Source of the DNA: a virus
Lineage: Duplodnaviria > Caudoviricetes
Length of the DNA stretch: 45,792 nucleotides
Direction: 5' to 3' (one strand)
Virus record (IMG/VR): IMGVR_UViG_3300037423_000471
Coordinates: 1-45,792 of that record
Part shown: positions 1 through 8,922 of the stretch, one piece after another
Position numbering within the stretch: position 1 is the stretch's first letter
Layout of the letters: every line of letters begins with the position of its first letter
Translations under genes and position numbers: made by a program
Notes under the pieces: generated by a model
Databases searched by the model: none
What the model was told of the DNA's origin: nothing
What the model saw: only the letters and a program-made list of their open reading frames with translations

Positions 1-127
1 TATCGCTTTCGCTTGCTCTTTCGTAACCTTTACCTTTTCGCTCATTTTCGCACCTTCTCCAATTCGGTTAATAGTCGATCATACTCAGCCTGTGCTTCCT
101 GCTGCTTTTCGTCGGTGAGAATGTCCA
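1..127. repeat. Terminal direct repeat, copy 1 (circular assembly overlap)
   Basis: 1-127 identical to 45666-45792; 127 is a common assembler k-mer size; ORFs 42..335 and 45381..45710 join with ATGA overlap across the junction. Confidence 0.95.
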
Positions 128-335
128 TCGATAGGAGGTTGTCTAACTCGGTCATTTTGGTTAAAAGGATTGCTTTGTTCAGTTCCTTATAAGCCGTTTC
201 AAGGTGTTCTAAGTTGCTTATCGGCATCAAAAGCAAGTTCTCGTAGTCCTCTTGGCTGATGTTCTTCCGCTCTAGCGCGCCCGTTACGATCTTCAAGAAC
301 GTCTCTCTAAGGTGTTGCTCCGTGTCTAGGCTCAT
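42..335 (-). CDS. Hypothetical protein, 97 aa
   Basis: ORF track; ATGA-coupled to dnaB. Confidence 0.75.
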   Translation of the reverse strand: MSLDTEQHLRETFLKIVTGALERKNISQEDYENLLLMPISNLEHLETAYKELNKAILLTKMTELDNLLSMDILTDEKQQEAQAEYDRLLTELEKVRK

Positions 336-1618
336 TCCTTCACCTCAAACCGTTGTATAGCTCCGTTGAACCAAAGTTCAAAGTCCGCTACACCCGTTTG
401 TCTTCCCTTCTCGACGATGAAATCAATATGATCCTTGTTACCCTTTGCCTTGTCTTTATCGTTGTGAAGGAATATTACCATGTCGGCATCTTGTTCTATG
501 TTTCCGCTGTCCTTCAAGTCCGACAAAACAGGTCTTTTGTTCTTCCCACTCCGGTCATCAAACTTTCGGGACATTTGAGCCAACAGGATAATACTGCACC
601 CCAATTCGCGTGTAAGACGCTTCAAGTCTCCGGTTATTTCTCCGATAGCGTCAGACTTGTTTTGATTTTTCTTCATGTACAGTTTCACAAGTCCGAGATA
701 GTCGATCATTACAGCCCCTAGTTTGCCGTTTTCCCGCTTCCGTTGCCGACACTGTGAAACTATATGGTCATAGTCCATACGCGGCGTATCGTCAATGTAC
801 AGCGGTATTTCACACAATCGCTGTCTAGCCTTTTCGACTACGTTCTCCTGTTCACCTTGGAAAGAGTGCGTCATGATTGTTTGGAATGGTACTCCGCTCA
901 TATCAGCTAACATTCGGTTAACCAATTCCTCGCCGCTCATTTCCATACTGAACACTGGAACCGCCCCATAACCTTGCCTAGCTATGTTCCGACATGCCGT
1001 TAAGGAAAAAGCCGTTTTACCTGTCCCCGGTCTTCCGGCGATAACAATAAGTCGCTCCGTTCCTATACCCTTCATCCACTTGTCGATGTGACTAAATCCG
1101 AGTAAAGGGGAAATGTTCGGTTGCTTACTCTTTTCCTTCGCACTTACAACCGCTTCGGATATGTGCCGCATACGGCTTTCTCGTGAAGGGTTGAAACTGT
1201 TAAACAGCTCCGAAACCTTGTTCGTAAAAACTCCTATATCGCCGTTTTCCTTAGCTGCTGCTATTTCTTCTTTGATCCTCACGGCTATTGCGTCAGCATT
1301 ACGGTATAAACTTTGCTCTTTCACCCGTTCAGCATAAACCTTGGCTAAAAGTTTGTTGCCGCCTACCGCTCTTAGTTCACCTATGTAAGCAACTCCACCA
1401 ACTTCGTCGAGTTTGTTTTTCTCTCGGAGTATGTGAACCAATGTCCGAACATCATAAGAACCCTTGTCGAACAGATACTTTATAGCCTTGAACAATGTTC
1501 GATTTCGGGAATAGTACAAATCATCAGCGGTTAAAATGGTGTCTATGTCGTAGAATGTCTCAGGGTTATCAAGCAGAGCCGACATGACATATGATTCTGC
1601 TTCATCGTTATAATGCAT
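332..1618 (-). CDS. dnaB: Replicative DnaB-family helicase
   Basis: N-terminal EAESYVMSALL domain, Walker A GRPGTGKT, SMEM, IDYLGL, LAQMSR, LSDLKDSGNIEQDAD. Confidence 0.97.
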   Translation of the reverse strand: MHYNDEAESYVMSALLDNPETFYDIDTILTADDLYYSRNRTLFKAIKYLFDKGSYDVRTLVHILREKNKLDEVGGVAYIGELRAVGGNKLLAKVYAERVKEQSLYRNADAIAVRIKEEIAAAKENGDIGVFTNKVSELFNSFNPSRESRMRHISEAVVSAKEKSKQPNISPLLGFSHIDKWMKGIGTERLIVIAGRPGTGKTAFSLTACRNIARQGYGAVPVFSMEMSGEELVNRMLADMSGVPFQTIMTHSFQGEQENVVEKARQRLCEIPLYIDDTPRMDYDHIVSQCRQRKRENGKLGAVMIDYLGLVKLYMKKNQNKSDAIGEITGDLKRLTRELGCSIILLAQMSRKFDDRSGKNKRPVLSDLKDSGNIEQDADMVIFLHNDKDKAKGNKDHIDFIVEKGRQTGVADFELWFNGAIQRFEVKE

Positions 1619-1620
1619 GG

Positions 1621-2460
1621 TTACATGTTCTCCCCGAATGTCATCTGTTGCGCTTGCATTTTCAATTTTCTTCTTTCTTTTTCTCGTTCATCAGGATTAG
1701 GAATATTTTTATCTAAATCGGATATGCTTGTACTAGGTGTATAAGATTCGTGGTCTTTCCACCTGTCCTTATTCAAAAATGTAGCAGCGTTTTTGATGTA
1801 CTTCTTCTCCGTTCCTTCATCCTGAATCTGTTGTATATAATTTTTTAGTGCATTAAACACTGGTTCAGGTTCATTGTTCATTCGTTTGAGCATTGACTTC
1901 CAAGCTGATTCAGCATCAGGTCTCGATACTGATTTAGGATACATGTCCCAAAACTCAGCGAAGCGGTACAGAGTGTTTTTATTCTTTACTTCTTTACTAT
2001 CTTCTTTATTGGTCGTTTTGATGGTCATTCGCTGGTCGCTCTGCTGGTCGGAGAATAGGTCAAGCCCTTGCTGTATCAACGTTTTTTGCTGGTCGCTCTG
2101 CTGGTCGTTTTGATGGTCATTCGCTGGTCGCTTTTTGTTGTATTCTTCATAGTTCACCAACTTGTAAACTGTACATTTTCTATACTGTTTAACCTTGACT
2201 ATCATGGTATCTTTGACCAACTTTTCAATAAACCGTTTAAGTTTACCGTCCGATATATTCAATCGGCTTCCCCAACTAGGTCTACCAAAGATAAATTCGC
2301 CATACTTAACGGTAACTATTTCACCCTCATACATTTCCGTTAAAGGTTCTTCGGAATATCGAGCCAAGAGAAGCATTTCAGACCAACAATGAAAGTATTG
2401 CGAATCCTTATAAACCCAATGTTCCCTGATTCCGCGATCTAGCCCTAAGAAGTTTTTCAT
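1621..2460 (-). CDS. Phage replication initiator (replisome organiser)
   Basis: N-terminal wHTH (LDRGIREHW), internal iteron-encoded repeats, C-terminal FAEFWDMYPK...YIKNAATFLN; directly upstream of dnaB. Confidence 0.85.
   Translation of the reverse strand: MKNFLGLDRGIREHWVYKDSQYFHCWSEMLLLARYSEEPLTEMYEGEIVTVKYGEFIFGRPSWGSRLNISDGKLKRFIEKLVKDTMIVKVKQYRKCTVYKLVNYEEYNKKRPANDHQNDQQSDQQKTLIQQGLDLFSDQQSDQRMTIKTTNKEDSKEVKNKNTLYRFAEFWDMYPKSVSRPDAESAWKSMLKRMNNEPEPVFNALKNYIQQIQDEGTEKKYIKNAATFLNKDRWKDHESYTPSTSISDLDKNIPNPDEREKERRKLKMQAQQMTFGENM
2011..2132. repeat. Iteron array, probable replication origin inside initiator gene
   Basis: 30-bp GGTCGTTTTGATGGTCATTCGCTGGTCGCT at 2011-2040 and 2103-2132; GCTGGTCGCTCTGCTGGTCG at 2031-2050 and 2088-2107; TGGTC recurring every 12 bp. 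Confidence 0.75.
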
Positions 2461-2465
2461 ACGGG

Positions 2466-2645
2466 TTATTCACCCTCGTTTGTGGCTTTTTCAAGTTCCT
2501 CCACATCTTTAATCAAAACGTAATAACCGTGGTCGAGTGAAAGTTTCACAAAATCCGACGCTTCTTTCCAATTCGGGAAAGTATAATCCAATCCTTTGTC
2601 AGATAGTGTTCTTTTTACAACGATTCCATAGAAATTTTTTTTCAT
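2466..2645 (-). CDS. Hypothetical protein, 59 aa (MKKNFY start)
   Basis: GGGGAGG-rich RBS, ATGA overlap with upstream gene. Confidence 0.7.
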   Translation of the reverse strand: MKKNFYGIVVKRTLSDKGLDYTFPNWKEASDFVKLSLDHGYYVLIKDVEELEKATNEGE

Positions 2646-2824
2646 TCCTTCCCCTCCCCTCTGGTCTCCATCCACTCCTTAACCTTTTCCAAGTCAAAGC
2701 GTAGAATCTTTCCAGCTTGATAACGTGGCACACCTTGTTTCAGCCAGTTTTTAACGGTTCTCTCAGTTACTCCGAAAGCCTGTGCAATATCATCGATTTT
2801 CATTAGACCGTTATTTTGATTCAC
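2642..2824 (-). CDS. Xis/MerR-like HTH DNA-binding protein
   Basis: IDDIAQAFGVTERTVKNW...RFDLEKVKEW; GGAGGTG RBS. Confidence 0.8.
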   Translation of the reverse strand: MNQNNGLMKIDDIAQAFGVTERTVKNWLKQGVPRYQAGKILRFDLEKVKEWMETRGEGKE

Positions 2825-2846
2825 TGAAATTCACCTCCCGTTCACT

Positions 2847-2876
2847 AATCTAGCATAAATATAATAGACTCGTCAA
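2847..2876 (-). promoter_or_regulatory. sigmaA-type promoter for the replication operon
   Basis: Minus strand TTGACG-18-TAGATT with TG extension. Confidence 0.65.
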
Positions 2877-2909
2877 CACATATTTTCCGCAAAGTGGAAT
2901 ATTTTTCGC

Positions 2910-2940
2910 ACATGCTTCATAGGGGATCATGGGCAAACTA
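2910..2940 (+). promoter_or_regulatory. Possible sigmaF/sigmaG (forespore) promoter
   Basis: -10 GGGCAAACTA fits GGnnAnAHTR; -35 (ACATG) imperfect. Confidence 0.35.
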
Positions 2941-2960
2941 TATGCGGGAGGTGTTCATCA

Positions 2961-3095
2961 ATGGCTCGTGTGGTTTTTTTAACATCATTGTGGATATTAA
3001 ACGTTATGTTTTCTGGCTGCTTCGAGGATATTATTGAGCGCATGGATAAAATGGATCATGCTAGAAAATGGGATATAAAAAACCCCGCCGATTAG
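2961..3095 (+). CDS. Small putative lipoprotein, 44 aa (MARVVFLTSLWILNVMFSGC...), not in ORF track
   Basis: GGAGGTG RBS, hydrophobic signal with lipobox-like FSG-C at residue 20, ends in terminator. Confidence 0.6.
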   Translation: MARVVFLTSLWILNVMFSGCFEDIIERMDKMDHARKWDIKNPAD

Positions 3096-3114
3096 GTGCG
3101 GGGTTTCGGTCTTT
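3078..3114. terminator. Probable bidirectional intrinsic terminator
   Basis: AAAAAACCCCGC-cgattaggt-GCGGGGTTT between convergent ORFs. Confidence 0.7.
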
Positions 3115-3250
3115 GTATGAGCCATACGCCTTCTTCCGTTTGTCGCGCTTTAAGCTTTCCCTCTACGCATAAGCGGCGAATGTATTGGACACTTACGCCG
3201 CAATGCTTCGCCCATTCAGAAGCGGTCACAACCTGTTCTAGTGGTTTCAT
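3092..3250 (-). CDS. Small excisionase-like HTH protein, 52 aa, not in ORF track
   Basis: MKPLEQVVTASEWAKHCGVSVQYIRRLCVEGKLKARQ..VWLI; AAGGTGG RBS; ATGA overlap. Confidence 0.7.
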   Translation of the reverse strand: MKPLEQVVTASEWAKHCGVSVQYIRRLCVEGKLKARQTEEGVWLIQRPKPRT

Positions 3251-3480
3251 TGTTTTAACCACCTTTCTAATTGTTGTCGCCTAATTTTTTGGTATTCTTC
3301 GCTGTCTTCAAATTTAATTAATTGCATAATGGTCATTGGCTTGGGGCAAGGCTCTAGCGGTTTTTCGATAACGTCTAAACCGTACAAAATAGGAACATGA
3401 ATCTTTTTCGTTTCAAAGCCAAGGGAGCATCGGCTCCCTTCGTTGGCTTTGCAATTATAACAACTCCGTTTCATCCTCAT
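3247..3480 (-). CDS. Cys-rich hypothetical protein
   Basis: CYNC...CSLG...PCPKP; ATGA overlap. Confidence 0.7.
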   Translation of the reverse strand: MRMKRSCYNCKANEGSRCSLGFETKKIHVPILYGLDVIEKPLEPCPKPMTIMQLIKFEDSEEYQKIRRQQLERWLKQ

Positions 3481-3980
3481 TTCATTTCCTCGCAATTCTT
3501 TTTAATTTGCGATAAACGCATTTTGAAACCTACACCGCTTTTGTCTTCGACCATGAAAATCAATTCTTCGTATTTCTCGGATACGTTGATAAATTTCGCT
3601 TTAACTTCTTGGCCTTGCTTGAATGGCGTTTTATCGGTTACAACAACTAATTTCATGGTTTTAGTCGCTGCTTTAGGAAGTTTAGGGACTGTTCCTTTAC
3701 CTTCACACCCATAGCATACTGAACCGTGTCTGATGTTGTAAGAGTGTCTACCGGAACCTCCGCAGCGGGAACAAGTTTGGCTGTCGCTGCTGATTGGTTC
3801 GAAGTCGTAAAGGCTTTTTTCGTTGCCTTGTTTGTCGACACCTACAACACCGTGTTTCCCGTTGCAGATTTCATAATCAGTTACAGTGTAAATACGGTCA
3901 TTTCCGAACACTTTAGAGCCGATAGGAGCTTTTTCTGCAATCACCGCGAATTGTGCTTGGTATTGTTGTTCAAAGTTCAT
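3477..3980 (-). CDS. Early protein with DnaJ-type CxxCxGxG zinc finger
   Basis: CSRCGGSG...CYGCEGKG; GGAGGT RBS. Confidence 0.8.
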   Translation of the reverse strand: MNFEQQYQAQFAVIAEKAPIGSKVFGNDRIYTVTDYEICNGKHGVVGVDKQGNEKSLYDFEPISSDSQTCSRCGGSGRHSYNIRHGSVCYGCEGKGTVPKLPKAATKTMKLVVVTDKTPFKQGQEVKAKFINVSEKYEELIFMVEDKSGVGFKMRLSQIKKNCEEMK

Positions 3981-4027
3981 TTGTCATTACCTCCATTTAG
4001 TTTCTATGTAGTAACTATTCATACCCC

Positions 4028-4057
4028 AATCATACAGTTTCTATTCGGAAACGTCAA
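4028..4057 (-). promoter_or_regulatory. sigmaA-type early promoter
   Basis: TTGACG-17-TATGAT on minus strand. Confidence 0.75.
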
Positions 4058-4074
4058 CACTTATTTTTAACAAG

Positions 4075-4099
4075 AAAAAACGCCCCGTTAGGAGCGTTT
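4075..4099 (-). terminator. Intrinsic terminator after ssb
   Basis: AAACGCTCC-taac-GGGGCGTTTTTT. Confidence 0.8.
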
Positions 4100-4107
4100 G
4101 AGTAGGT

Positions 4108-4491
4108 TTAGAATGGTAAATCATCATCTGAAATATCAATCGGCTTACCGTCATCTTGGAACGGGTCACGCTGCTCCTGCCGTTCGCCACGCTCTAACGA
4201 TCTGATGTTATTCGCGGTGAACTCGTGAATGTGTACTTTTCTCCCTTCGTTATTGTCATAACTACGTGGGCTGTACCGAGCTTCGATAGAAACCATGGAG
4301 CCTTTGCGTAGGTTCTCGGAAGCCCACTCAGCCTGTTTACGCCATGCTACGATATTAACTAAGTCTGACTTATACTCCCCCTGTGCAAAGGGATAGACGG
4401 ATATAGCGAACGAGCAAGTAGCTACGCCTGAACTTAAATATCGAATTTCCGGTTCCTTAATCAATTTGCCAACAAAACAACATACATTCAT
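4108..4491 (-). CDS. ssb: Single-stranded DNA-binding protein
   Basis: OB fold (MNVCCFVGKLIKEPEIRY) and acidic tail DISDDDLPF. Confidence 0.95.
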   Translation of the reverse strand: MNVCCFVGKLIKEPEIRYLSSGVATCSFAISVYPFAQGEYKSDLVNIVAWRKQAEWASENLRKGSMVSIEARYSPRSYDNNEGRKVHIHEFTANNIRSLERGERQEQRDPFQDDGKPIDISDDDLPF

Positions 4492-5232
4492 TTATACAAC
4501 CTCCACATCATAATGTATTCCGCTCATAAAACCTTTTTTCGCCAATGCCAATACAACCGTATGTAAGGCTAATGACTCTGTATTGCACTTCTTGCTAAGG
4601 TGACAAAGGTATACTTTTTCCCCTCTCCCTTTCACAAGTTGCGCTAACGCTTCCGCTGCTTGATCATTGCTTAGGTGTCCTAAATCGGATAGGTTACGCG
4701 CCTTTACCGCTTCGGGATAATCCGAAAGTATAACCTTATCTACATCGTGATTTGCCTCGATTATGTAGTGCGTTGAACCGCGCATAGCTTCTATCATTTC
4801 CGCGTCTACATGTCCGGTATCGAGGCAGACGGAAACTTTGTTGTTGTCGTTGTCGTAAAACGAATAGCCTAGCGATTCATAATCATTATGGTGAGTATGA
4901 AAGGCTCTTACCGCTACACCTTTTATTCCTGTTGTCTGACCATGTTTCAAAGTGTCAAACTCGCTTAAATCCATTTTGAGGCTCTTAAACGTTCCTTCTG
5001 ATGCAAATATAGGTATACCCCACTTAAAAGCCAATGGCAACCCCTGAACGTGATCCGAATGGGCATGAGTAAGAAATATAGCGTCAATCTCATCCGGTCT
5101 GATTCCCGAATTAAGCAAGCATTGTTCCGCTTTCGTCTTTCTCAATCCAATATCGATAAGGATGGTACAGCCACCCGTTTGGATGGCTATACTGTTCCCC
5201 TTACTCCCCGTTGAAAGGAATGTTATTTTCAT
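4492..5232 (-). CDS. MBL-fold metallo-hydrolase (YycJ/WalJ-like exonuclease)
   Basis: STGSKGNS, LTHAHSDH, DTG, IEANHD, GHLSN, CHLS. Confidence 0.92.
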   Translation of the reverse strand: MKITFLSTGSKGNSIAIQTGGCTILIDIGLRKTKAEQCLLNSGIRPDEIDAIFLTHAHSDHVQGLPLAFKWGIPIFASEGTFKSLKMDLSEFDTLKHGQTTGIKGVAVRAFHTHHNDYESLGYSFYDNDNNKVSVCLDTGHVDAEMIEAMRGSTHYIIEANHDVDKVILSDYPEAVKARNLSDLGHLSNDQAAEALAQLVKGRGEKVYLCHLSKKCNTESLALHTVVLALAKKGFMSGIHYDVEVV

Positions 5233-6188
5233 ACCAATTCCTCCGGCAGTTCCGGCCCTTCTGCCAGTTGCTGCTCCTGATGCGCCACAAGTTGCTTTTG
5301 TTGCTCATAAGTGAGTTTATTTTTCCCCAAGTCAGGGAACACAGAAGCGATATACGCCTGAATGTCTGTGGCTTCGCTGATACCAAGCATGTCGAAGTTT
5401 TTGCCGATCATCCGTTTTACAGCGTCTTTCTCTGCCTGTGTAGGCTCCTGAGATTCGGTTATAACAGCGTCTTGAACATTCTTTACATTACCAACCGTTT
5501 TGCCCTTTTCGCCGCTCTGAGGGGCTTGTGGTGCGTCAGGCGGCGTTATGTCTTGTCGTTGGTATGAATCCACGTTATCGACGGATGGAGTAGATTGTAT
5601 AGCGTCCCGTTCCTCGTTCTCGAATGTCAGACCAAAAGCCGCTTTAAGCACCCGCTTCACCATGTGTTTTTTGAACATGTCCGGCAGTTGATCCGTCCAC
5701 ATACGCTTCTGCATCCCGATTTGTGACCGCTGATAATGTTCCACTTCCGCTATGTCCATGATGATTGAGAAAGGCTCAAAACCTTCTCTATAGGCGAATG
5801 CATAGCCGCCGATAACCTTCCCACGAGGGAACCCGAAAGAGTGTTCATCAATCATGATATAGTAGCGTCCGTCTTCGGCTCGTGCTTGGTGCATCTTGAA
5901 AGAGTCGTTATCATGGACTAGTTGAACGTCATAGCCGCGGTATCCTTCCGTTTCTTTGGCCTTCCTCACATAGAAATCAACGCCGAATTGTGTTGTTAAC
6001 TTACCCTGAAATACGGATGCGTGAATCTCGCCCAATAGAGGATTTGCGCCGGATGCCTTAGCGATACCCATAAATAAACGGAATTGAGATTCATTCGTGC
6101 CAGTGGCGATTGTTTCATGGACGGTTTTAACGTCTTCCGGTGTTAAATCACCGAATACAGTTGATTGATAAAGGGTTATTTGTGTCAT
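5229..6188 (-). CDS. recT: RecT/Red-beta family single-strand annealing protein
   Basis: FRLFM..AK..GANPLLGEIH..., MFKKH...LKAAF; sits between SbcC-like ATPase and MBL nuclease/SSB. Confidence 0.8.
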   Translation of the reverse strand: MTQITLYQSTVFGDLTPEDVKTVHETIATGTNESQFRLFMGIAKASGANPLLGEIHASVFQGKLTTQFGVDFYVRKAKETEGYRGYDVQLVHDNDSFKMHQARAEDGRYYIMIDEHSFGFPRGKVIGGYAFAYREGFEPFSIIMDIAEVEHYQRSQIGMQKRMWTDQLPDMFKKHMVKRVLKAAFGLTFENEERDAIQSTPSVDNVDSYQRQDITPPDAPQAPQSGEKGKTVGNVKNVQDAVITESQEPTQAEKDAVKRMIGKNFDMLGISEATDIQAYIASVFPDLGKNKLTYEQQKQLVAHQEQQLAEGPELPEELV

Positions 6189-6202
6189 GTTTTGGACTCC
6201 TT

Positions 6203-6484
6203 TTATACTTCAATTTTGGATTGAACAAATGATTTATATTCCTTGATTTCTTGTAACAGCTCGCCCAATGTATGAGCTGTTGACTCCTGAGTTTTAAGGT
6301 TAAGCAATCCATTTACGGCGCCGGACAACGTAGCGAAGTTTCCGCATTTAACCGTCTCGTAAACCTCTTTCGCTTCGACAACTCCGGTTTTCTTGTGCTT
6401 GACCGGACGAACGGAAAGCCTGTCTATTGTGTAACCCACTCCCGTACCACTGATGTATAAATCCCCTTCAATGTGTATTCTCAT
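6203..6484 (-). CDS. Hypothetical protein, 93 aa
   Basis: ORF track; ATGA coupling. Confidence 0.75.
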   Translation of the reverse strand: MRIHIEGDLYISGTGVGYTIDRLSVRPVKHKKTGVVEAKEVYETVKCGNFATLSGAVNGLLNLKTQESTAHTLGELLQEIKEYKSFVQSKIEV

Positions 6485-7947
6485 GATGTTGTTACCTCCA
6501 ATGTTTGATTTGGTACAGCGTAAGCCCCGATAAGCTGATGCGTAAACTCTACGCCACTCGTCAACGATTCGCGGTTATCGATGAAGCATGTAACCTGTAA
6601 CCCACTCTGAACCGATAGCACGTTAACTAGTTCGATTCCAGCCCGTAACTTTTCACCTAGCGACAATTTAGCATAAGGCTTTCCGTCCATTTCTAGCTCG
6701 AATGTCGGTTTAGGCTCCCCTGTCTTCGGAACGTCCCACAGTTTGACGCTAAGCGTGGTAAATAGGGCTTGTACTTTCTGCGCCTGTATAACCGCCTGAG
6801 CGCCGTTGTAAGCCTTGATAGCGTCAAGGATGAATATAGACTCGTTCAGGCTCGTTTGTGTCTCTACAACGCTCATACGCGCCTGTTCGATGAGTTCAGC
6901 GGCTTTTTGTCGGTTCTGTTCGGTTAGAATGGCTTGTTGTATCTTTGCCTTGTCTTCCCGTAATTCGTTTAACTTTTGTTCGTCTACCGGATCGGGCTTT
7001 ACAATAGCGGATAATTCCTCGGTTAATGCTTTATACTTTCCGCGTAACTCCTTATAGTTGGCTTTCATGGTTTCCTTGATAGGTTCTTTCGTTTCCTCGG
7101 TTATAGCCTGTTTGCATGTCGAACACTCTGTCTGTTCCGTTAACTTTTTAGCGTCCGCTTCAATCTCTTTTAAGCGGCTGAACAGTTCCTTAATGGTGCG
7201 CTCTTTCGTGATAATATCAACGGCCATTTTGGATTGTTCGGCTCTTGCGTCTTCCAAGCGTTTTATATCCGCTTCAACATTAGACAAAGCCTTCTCCCAT
7301 TCGCCTATATCGTGCGGTGTTGCCGTGTTCTGCTGTTCTAACGTTTCCAGCCTAGCTTTAGCTGCAATAAGTTGCTTTTCTTTGTCCGTCTTGTTCTTCC
7401 GGTGAAGTGCTTCGAGGTCGGCAAGGTTATGCTTCTTTAATGCGGCTGCTAATGCGTCAGCCTGTGCCTTTGGGAGCTCCTTGAACACTTCCGACGATGC
7501 CGGAGCCGATACGTATGATAAGAGCATTTCGCGTTGTTCTGTCCATTTTAACGCCGGAAAGTATGAAGGATTAAAGAGCGATAAGAACAAATCTTTAGAA
7601 GCGATACTTTTCACTGTCTCATCGAATGCGGTCGCCTTGGTCGGCACATCGTTTATGTAGTAATTCGCTTTACCTTTGACCAACTCACGAGCGAACAGAA
7701 CGTCTTTTCCGTCAATGTTGAGCAGTGCGGAACTATACACCTTATCGACTTCTCTATCGGTTGGCGTAGGATCAAGCTTAGAACCCATCAAGTCGATTCC
7801 GAACAGCGTCCAACTTACCGTCTCGCCTATGCTGCTTTTGCCCTCGCCATTCATGCCTCGGATCGTTGTTAATGCGCCGAATGATAAGGATAATTCTTTG
7901 TGAGACTTAAAGTTAACCATTGTTAAACCTTTTAACGTTACTTTCAC
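6481..7947 (-). CDS. SbcC/Rad50-like ATPase with coiled coil and zinc hook
   Basis: NFKS, Walker A GMNGEGKS, CSTC hook, signature LSLGE, Walker B FIDN. Confidence 0.88.
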   Translation of the reverse strand: MKVTLKGLTMVNFKSHKELSLSFGALTTIRGMNGEGKSSIGETVSWTLFGIDLMGSKLDPTPTDREVDKVYSSALLNIDGKDVLFARELVKGKANYYINDVPTKATAFDETVKSIASKDLFLSLFNPSYFPALKWTEQREMLLSYVSAPASSEVFKELPKAQADALAAALKKHNLADLEALHRKNKTDKEKQLIAAKARLETLEQQNTATPHDIGEWEKALSNVEADIKRLEDARAEQSKMAVDIITKERTIKELFSRLKEIEADAKKLTEQTECSTCKQAITEETKEPIKETMKANYKELRGKYKALTEELSAIVKPDPVDEQKLNELREDKAKIQQAILTEQNRQKAAELIEQARMSVVETQTSLNESIFILDAIKAYNGAQAVIQAQKVQALFTTLSVKLWDVPKTGEPKPTFELEMDGKPYAKLSLGEKLRAGIELVNVLSVQSGLQVTCFIDNRESLTSGVEFTHQLIGAYAVPNQTLEVTTS

Positions 7948-7972
7948 CGCGAATACCTCCCATAGTTTCTAT

Positions 7973-8224
7973 TTAGTTTTCTAAAAGTTGAATCAATAAT
8001 GATTCAAGATGCTTTATTTCCTCTAAAAAATAATCAATCAGATAAGTATGTAATGATCCATCGTTGCAGGATACATCCGAGCATCCGTTACCTTCACTAA
8101 TCCGTATAACTAGCGGGAAATGTTGATTTTTAGCGTTTGTCATGTGCTTTAAGCGCTCTTTGTTAAATTTGATTTTCTTTGCTAGTTCCCCGGCTTCTTC
8201 TGCCTTTTCCAACAATCTAGACAT
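7973..8224 (-). CDS. Hypothetical protein, 83 aa
   Basis: ORF track; GGAGGA RBS. Confidence 0.7.
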   Translation of the reverse strand: MSRLLEKAEEAGELAKKIKFNKERLKHMTNAKNQHFPLVIRISEGNGCSDVSCNDGSLHTYLIDYFLEEIKHLESLLIQLLEN

Positions 8225-8441
8225 AGCTTATATCATCCTCCGTTAAATTTAGCCCTTCTTTTACTTCTTCATCACAAGAAGCGCACCATACAAACTTAAC
8301 TTTAGGCGACTTGAATTTTGCCCGTCTATCGTCGCACAGGTCGCACACTTGAACCGAATCACGGTCTAAAGGGTTGCTGCTGCTCGGTTCGTACTTACTC
8401 AGAAACGGTAGAATCTTGCTGCTGAATCGGCTTACTGGCAT
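8217..8441 (-). CDS. Small zinc-ribbon protein
   Basis: CDLC...CASC; AAGGAG RBS. Confidence 0.65.
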   Translation of the reverse strand: MPVSRFSSKILPFLSKYEPSSSNPLDRDSVQVCDLCDDRRAKFKSPKVKFVWCASCDEEVKEGLNLTEDDISYV

Positions 8442-8664
8442 TTGGTTTCTCCTTACTTACTAAGTCTTCAATGTTGCACCCTAGAAAGTTTGAAAGTTTT
8501 TCGAGTGTTCGCAGAGTCGGTATAGATTCACCCGAACGCCACAAATGGAAAGCCTGTCTTGAAATTCCTACTTCTGCCGCTGTTTTAGAGTCGTTAGTTC
8601 CTTTCAATGCTTGAAAATACGACACATTAGCCATGATGTATTTTACCTTGTTGTCCATTTCCAT
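8395..8664 (-). CDS. XRE/Cro-family HTH regulator (MEMDNK start)
   Basis: AAEVGISRQAFHLWRSGESIPTLRTLEKLSNFLGC; AGGAGGTG RBS. Confidence 0.85.
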   Translation of the reverse strand: MEMDNKVKYIMANVSYFQALKGTNDSKTAAEVGISRQAFHLWRSGESIPTLRTLEKLSNFLGCNIEDLVSKEKPNASKPIQQQDSTVSE

Positions 8665-8701
8665 TTTACATTTGCACCTCCTTTTGTTAAGTGATATGTA
8701 C

Positions 8702-8730
8702 AATATAACCTAGTATATTTTACATGTCAA
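8702..8730 (-). promoter_or_regulatory. sigmaA-type promoter of XRE/recombination operon
   Basis: TTGACA-17-TATATT; GTAAAAT repeated in promoter and at gene start (possible operators). Confidence 0.8.
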
Positions 8731-8764
8731 CTAGTCTTTGTAAATTATTTCATAGATTCACACA

Positions 8765-8792
8765 AAATAAAAACACCCCCATTCGGGAGTGT
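8765..8792 (-). terminator. Intrinsic terminator closing the ATPase operon
   Basis: ACACTCCC-gaat-GGGGGTGTTTTTATTTT. Confidence 0.8.
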
Positions 8793-8803
8793 CGTTGTAT
8801 TGC

Positions 8804-8911
8804 TCATATGATATGGAACACCCAGTGAAGAATGTTGCACACAATAGACATAGCGCATAATACAGCGGTCATGATCCAGAAGTTGCGGTCAAATATTTCT
8901 TTAGGTTTCAT
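8804..8911 (-). CDS. 35-aa single-TM peptide (MKPKEIFDRNFWIMTAVLCAMSIVCNILHWVFHII), not in ORF track
   Basis: AGGAG RBS right after ATPase stop; hydrophobic core; followed by terminator. Confidence 0.6.
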   Translation of the reverse strand: MKPKEIFDRNFWIMTAVLCAMSIVCNILHWVFHII

Positions 8912-8922
8912 TATCAGTTCTC

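Noticed and set aside
2011-2132. CRISPR mini-array
   Set aside because: In-frame, non-palindromic, 12-bp-periodic repeats within the initiator gene; no unique spacers or cas genes.
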